Shown: positions 60,038-64,000 of the stretch, in pieces
How positions within the stretch are numbered: the first letter of the stretch is position 1
Layout: each line of letters starts with the position of its first letter
Assembly: GCF_046119375.1 (NCBI RefSeq)
Contig: NW_027362771.1
Coordinates: forward strand, 599,292,001 to 599,356,000
From: Phyllobates terribilis
Taxonomy: Eukaryota
Reading direction: 5' to 3'
Length of the DNA stretch: 64,000 bases
Notes under the pieces: generated by a model
What the model was told of the DNA's origin: nothing
Databases searched by the model: none
Seen by the model: the letters and a program-made list of their open reading frames with translations, nothing else
Made by a program: the position numbers and the translations under genes

Positions 60038-60136
60038 CAATTTTGTAATTTTTGTCATTGTAACTATATGAGGTTTTGCTGTTTTCAGGATGAATTGTGT
60101 TTATCAGTGGCAACATTTTGGTTCTCAGATACATTA

Positions 60137-61219
60137 CAACCCCTGGCAAAAATTATGGAATCACCGGGCTCGCAGGATGTTCACATTTTTAATCTTGATT
60201 TCTTTTAGTGTTTCTTAAAGCCCTAAAGTTGCCATTTGAAATGACTTTAGTTTTGTGCCATGTCTGTGATCTGCTTTTTTTCAACAACATTAAGGGTATG
60301 TGCACACGATGCAGAAATGCTCAGGATTTTTTCCTGAGCGTTTCTGCATCTCTCTGGCAGGAAAAAACGCATGCGGATTGTACATGCGGTTTCCTGCCAG
60401 GGACATGCGGATGTGAAGCGTTCTTCACTTGCATTTCCGCATGCGGGTTGACAAGCGCTTCCCAAGCGATTTTAGCATCACTTGGAAAGTGCTTGTCAAC
60501 TTCACACTATATAAATCCATGCAACCGGCATGGATTTATATAGTGTGTGAATGTCAAAAAATAAAAAATAAATATATTCTTTACCCTCTGATGGCCCCCG
60601 GTGTCCTGCTTCGCTCGGTCCCGGCTGCCGGCTGTGAAGACTTTAGGACCTTCCGACGTCAGCGTCACGTGACCCGTCACATGACTCTGACGTCAGCGAA
60701 GGTCCTTCTTCATTCAACCCCGAAGTGCCGGGAACCAAGCAGGAGCGCTGCGCGGGCCGTCAGAAGGTGAGAATATATATATTTTTTATTTTATTCTTTT
60801 TTTTTTAATGGTACCTGGGTCTGGATGCGAGTCCTCTCATCCACACCCGGGTACCATCCGCACATTAGACCGCATGAAAAGCGCATCAACATATACAGTG
60901 ATGCGGATTCCATGCGGTCTAATGCAAGTCAATGGCGGCAAAAGAGCAGCGTTTCCGCAAAATTAATTGACATGCTGCGGACTTTTGACCGCAGCGTTTA
61001 CGCTGCGGAAAAATCCGCATCATGGGCACAGCACATGCAGATTTCAATTGGGGAACATTGCTGCCCTTCTACCATGCGTTTTTCATGCGTTTCCGCGGCT
61101 TTTACGCAACTGCAAAAACGCCGCGGAAACGCATTAAATAGGCATCGTGTGAACTCAGCCTAAACAACTGAATGAACATCCTCCAAGCCCGGTGATTCCA
61201 TAATTTTTGCCAGGGGTTG
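60137..61219. mobile_element. Tc1-type non-autonomous element carrying a nested MITE
   Basis: TA TSD; perfect TIR CAACCCCTGGCAAAAATTATGGAATCACCGGGC. Confidence 0.88.
60294..61160. mobile_element. Harbinger MITE family A
   Basis: TAA|GGGTATGTGCACAC ... GTGTGAACTCAGCC|TAA; close to the copy at 17590. Confidence 0.88.
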
Positions 61220-61599
61220 TATTACTTAACTTTTATTAACTCTTTATGGGGAGCAATAGAAAAAAAATAGCCGTTCAGCTGTTGTTTTTTGATGTTTTTT
61301 ATTTTCTGCTATTCACATGCTGCACAAATAAAATGTTACCTTTATTCTGTGGTCAGCCCGATTGCAAAAATGCCAAATTTATGGAGTTTTTAATTTGTGT
61401 TTTACTACTCAGTACACACTCTGTTTGAATAATAATCTTTTATTTTTATGTCGCCATATTCTGAGAGCCATACGTTTTACAATCTTCTGTCAATGGCGCT
61501 GTGGGAGGGCTAATTTTTTGTGTGGCAAGATGTGGGTTTCAGTGGCATTATTTTATGCTACATATAATATTTGGATCACTTCAGATCACAACAGATAGC

Positions 61600-62135
61600 A
61601 GGCAGGTGCTTCCAGGTAAGCAGGCAGGCGGGCACAGCAGGTAACAGGCAGGTGCTTCCAGGAAATGCAGGCTGGCGGGCACGGCAGGTAACAGGCGGGT
61701 GCTTCCAGGTAAGGTAGGCTGGCGGGCACGGCAGGTAACAGGCGGGTGCTTCCAGGTAAGCAGGCGGGCAGAGCCCATAGACAGACTGGCAGACTGGACT
61801 GTAGACAGACTGTCGAGCTGGAGAGTAGTCAGATTGGCGGACTGGACTGACTTGCAGAGGAACTGAGGGCTGAAGCAAAGTAACTATCACAGAGCAACAA
61901 CCTTGCACGGGTACCTCTATTTTGGAGGAGGTGTCTTTTATAGGGAAAGTCCTCTGGCCATTGGCCAGGGACTTTTTAGGACGGCGCGCGCGGCCCTTTA
62001 AGAGGGAGGGAGCGTGCGTGCGCCCTAAGCACAAAGCCAGGGAAGCTGCGTGCACCAGAAGCAGCTGCAAGGAGGCTGGAAGACGCCGGAGCAGGACCGC
62101 GGTGGTAAGGGGGACGACCTCTCTGCCTGGCAGAT
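61600..62135 (-). mobile_element. Truncated LTR related to 52010-53244
   Basis: Shares ATTTTGGAGGAGGTG..GGCCATTGGCC..TAGGACGGCGCGCGCGGCCC.TTTAAGAGGGAGGGAG..GCCCTAAGCAC; has its own ~41-bp repeat. Confidence 0.7.
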
Positions 62136-62845
62136 GTAGTCATGTTGTCACTGCTGCAGCCAGTTAAAAGAAACCTGAGCAGCAGCAGAGATGAAGCGCT
62201 GGACTCAGGGAAAAAGAGGGTAATGAACATCTGATATTATTATTAGAGGCCAGAAAACACCTGTGCAGAAATCTTAAGGCAATAATAGGGGTTCTCTAAC
62301 AGTGGACAACCCCTTTTAAAAGGGTTTTCCACTAATTATTTTTGTATATCCACTGGATTGTGCTGCATGAAAATAACAAATAGAGCAGTTACTCACCTTC
62401 CCCTGCTCCAGTGACGCTTCTCTGCACCTATCCGGTGTTTGCTTACCAGCTGCAGCGTTGTTGTTGTGACTACAACTAATCGTTCAGCCTATTGGCTAAG
62501 GCCACCACAGTCCAAGTTTCTTATGTAGCTCCTTGGAAAAGTTAATTTCCCACCCTTGATCTAGGGGTTCACAGCCAGCTCTTCGATGAGTGAGCACATG
62601 GATATAGACCTCAGCTCTTTCTCTCTTTGTCTCAGTTGGATAAGGTGGGCTAGGATGATAAGTTCTTATATTTTGTTATCATGCGTTTCTCTTTGCAGGC
62701 AAATACCAAAACTTTATCAATAAAGAAACTTTAGTGCAGAGCAAAATGTTGGAATTAATAATTGCTCTTAGAGAAGCAGCGGTAGATTGCCAGTCCAGAT
62801 ACCAGGGTTTATTGTAAAAATGTATAAAATTCAAAGGGCATCTCA

Positions 62846-63339
62846 TCATTTTGGACATATGTGAGACAACATGAGGTCCACCTCGTTCTTGATGACTGGG
62901 GGTCCCGGGTGCATGTCGTCAGGAAGATAGTGGCAGGATGTCATGTCCCAGACATCCAGGATTATCACCCCCATTCCCTTGAAGGCCGCCCTCAATAAAA
63001 TGTCCAGCTGAAGAGTTAACCAGTCACTGATATATAACTTCTTAAAACCAGTATTAGCAGATTTAATTATCACAGTCGTCTCAGGGCTCCGAAAAAGCAA
63101 AGATGCAACTGCCTGTCGGACCTTTTCCAATCTTTCTAAGTAAAACCTCACTGGAAAAGATGCAAAATGAGGGCATAGAGTCATCACGACAACGGTGTGA
63201 GGGCCACCATCAATCCCGGCCAAGTGAGCTGCTTCATACTGAAGATGAGCAACTAATGTCTTTGAGGTCTTTAAGGGCAGTCCATGGGACCTATATCTCA
63301 TGACCAGGCCAGCATCAGTATCTACTGCCAAGAGAGGCC
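62846..63339 (-). CDS. NXPE family (neurexophilin and PC-esterase domain) protein, last coding exon; paralogue not resolved
   Basis: Acceptor CCCCACAG| at 63340. Peptide GPLLAVD..RYRSHGLPL..GGPHTVVV..HF..FP..Y..RL..VR.AV..LL.RSPETTVIIKSANT..SDW..QLDILLR..DVWDMT..HP..VIKNEVDLMLSHICPK*, typical of NXPE C-termini. Confidence 0.85.
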
Positions 63340-63447
63340 CTGTGGGGTAATGAACATGTAGGTCTATCTTCTTGAGACCTAAAATTGGAAATGACTTGTA
63401 TTACTTCACACATGTACTACTACAATTGTCCTGTCATGCATGATCTA

Positions 63448-63752
63448 CAGTGGGTATGGAAAGTATTCAGACCCCTTTACATTTTTCACTCTTTGTTTCA
63501 TTGCAGCCATTTGGTAAATTCTAAAAAGTTAATTTTTTTTTCTCATTAAAGTACACTCTGCACCCCATCTTGACTGATAAAAAACAGAAATGTAGAAATT
63601 TTTACAAATTTATTAAAACTGAAATATCACATGGTCATAAGTATTCAGACCCTTTGCTCAGACACTCATATTTTAGTAACATGCTGTCCATTTCCTTGTG
63701 ATCCTCCTTGATATGGTTGTACTCCTTCATTGGAGTCCAACTGTGTTTAATT
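63448..63752 (+). mobile_element. Tc1 left end (IR/DR type)
   Basis: TA|CAGTGGGTATGGAAAGTATTCAGACCCCTTT; inner direct repeat AAGTATTCAGACCCTTTG at about 63639. Confidence 0.7.
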
Positions 63753-64000
63753 TGTCGCAGAGTGCATCTTCTTACAGTCACCACTGTACTTACAAGAGCT
63801 TCAATCCGCAAGATATCTTGAGTAAACAGTATTTACTTCATACTGGTTAAACATGAGATACAATTCAATGTCACACAGTCCGTGTGCTGCTTACATAACA
63901 CATTCAGGAAAGAAAGAAAAACACAGGAAGTAAAAACAACCAACAATTGAGAGCTTTTCTCCCACATTTACAGCAAGCATATAACTATACACACTATCGC
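63753..64000 (-). mobile_element. Probable LTR end interrupting the Tc1 and running off the window
   Basis: Abrupt junction at TGTCGCAG; the minus strand ends ..TGCGACA. The other end is not visible. Confidence 0.4.

Overview
Vertebrate nuclear DNA, most likely an anuran (frog). This is inferred from the Xenopus-like protein sequences and the repeat families. The window holds the conserved AP4M1-MCM7-COPS6 block. It contains the first four coding exons of AP4M1 (minus strand), a complete 16-exon MCM7 (plus, 720 aa) with miR-93 and miR-25 in intron 14, a complete 10-exon COPS6 (minus, 319 aa), and the terminal exon of an NXPE-family gene (minus). I walked all exon boundaries by hand; they are GT-AG and phase-consistent. 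The rest is tandem repeats (24, 27, 30/31, 32, 41, 71 and 86 bp units, plus an ~43-bp-derived array) and nested transposons (CR1, piggyBac, Tc1, hAT, Harbinger and T2/Kolobok MITEs, Gypsy/LTR). The strongest unexpected signals are three. (1) A ~650-bp insertion with a 15-bp target-site duplication begins with a minimal Penelope-type hammerhead ribozyme. (2) A probable non-coding AP4M1 first exon lies antisense inside MCM7 intron 1. (3) A satellite unit appears to supply the branch point of MCM7 intron 1. No alignments or database searches were run, so comparisons with other species rest on recalled knowledge.
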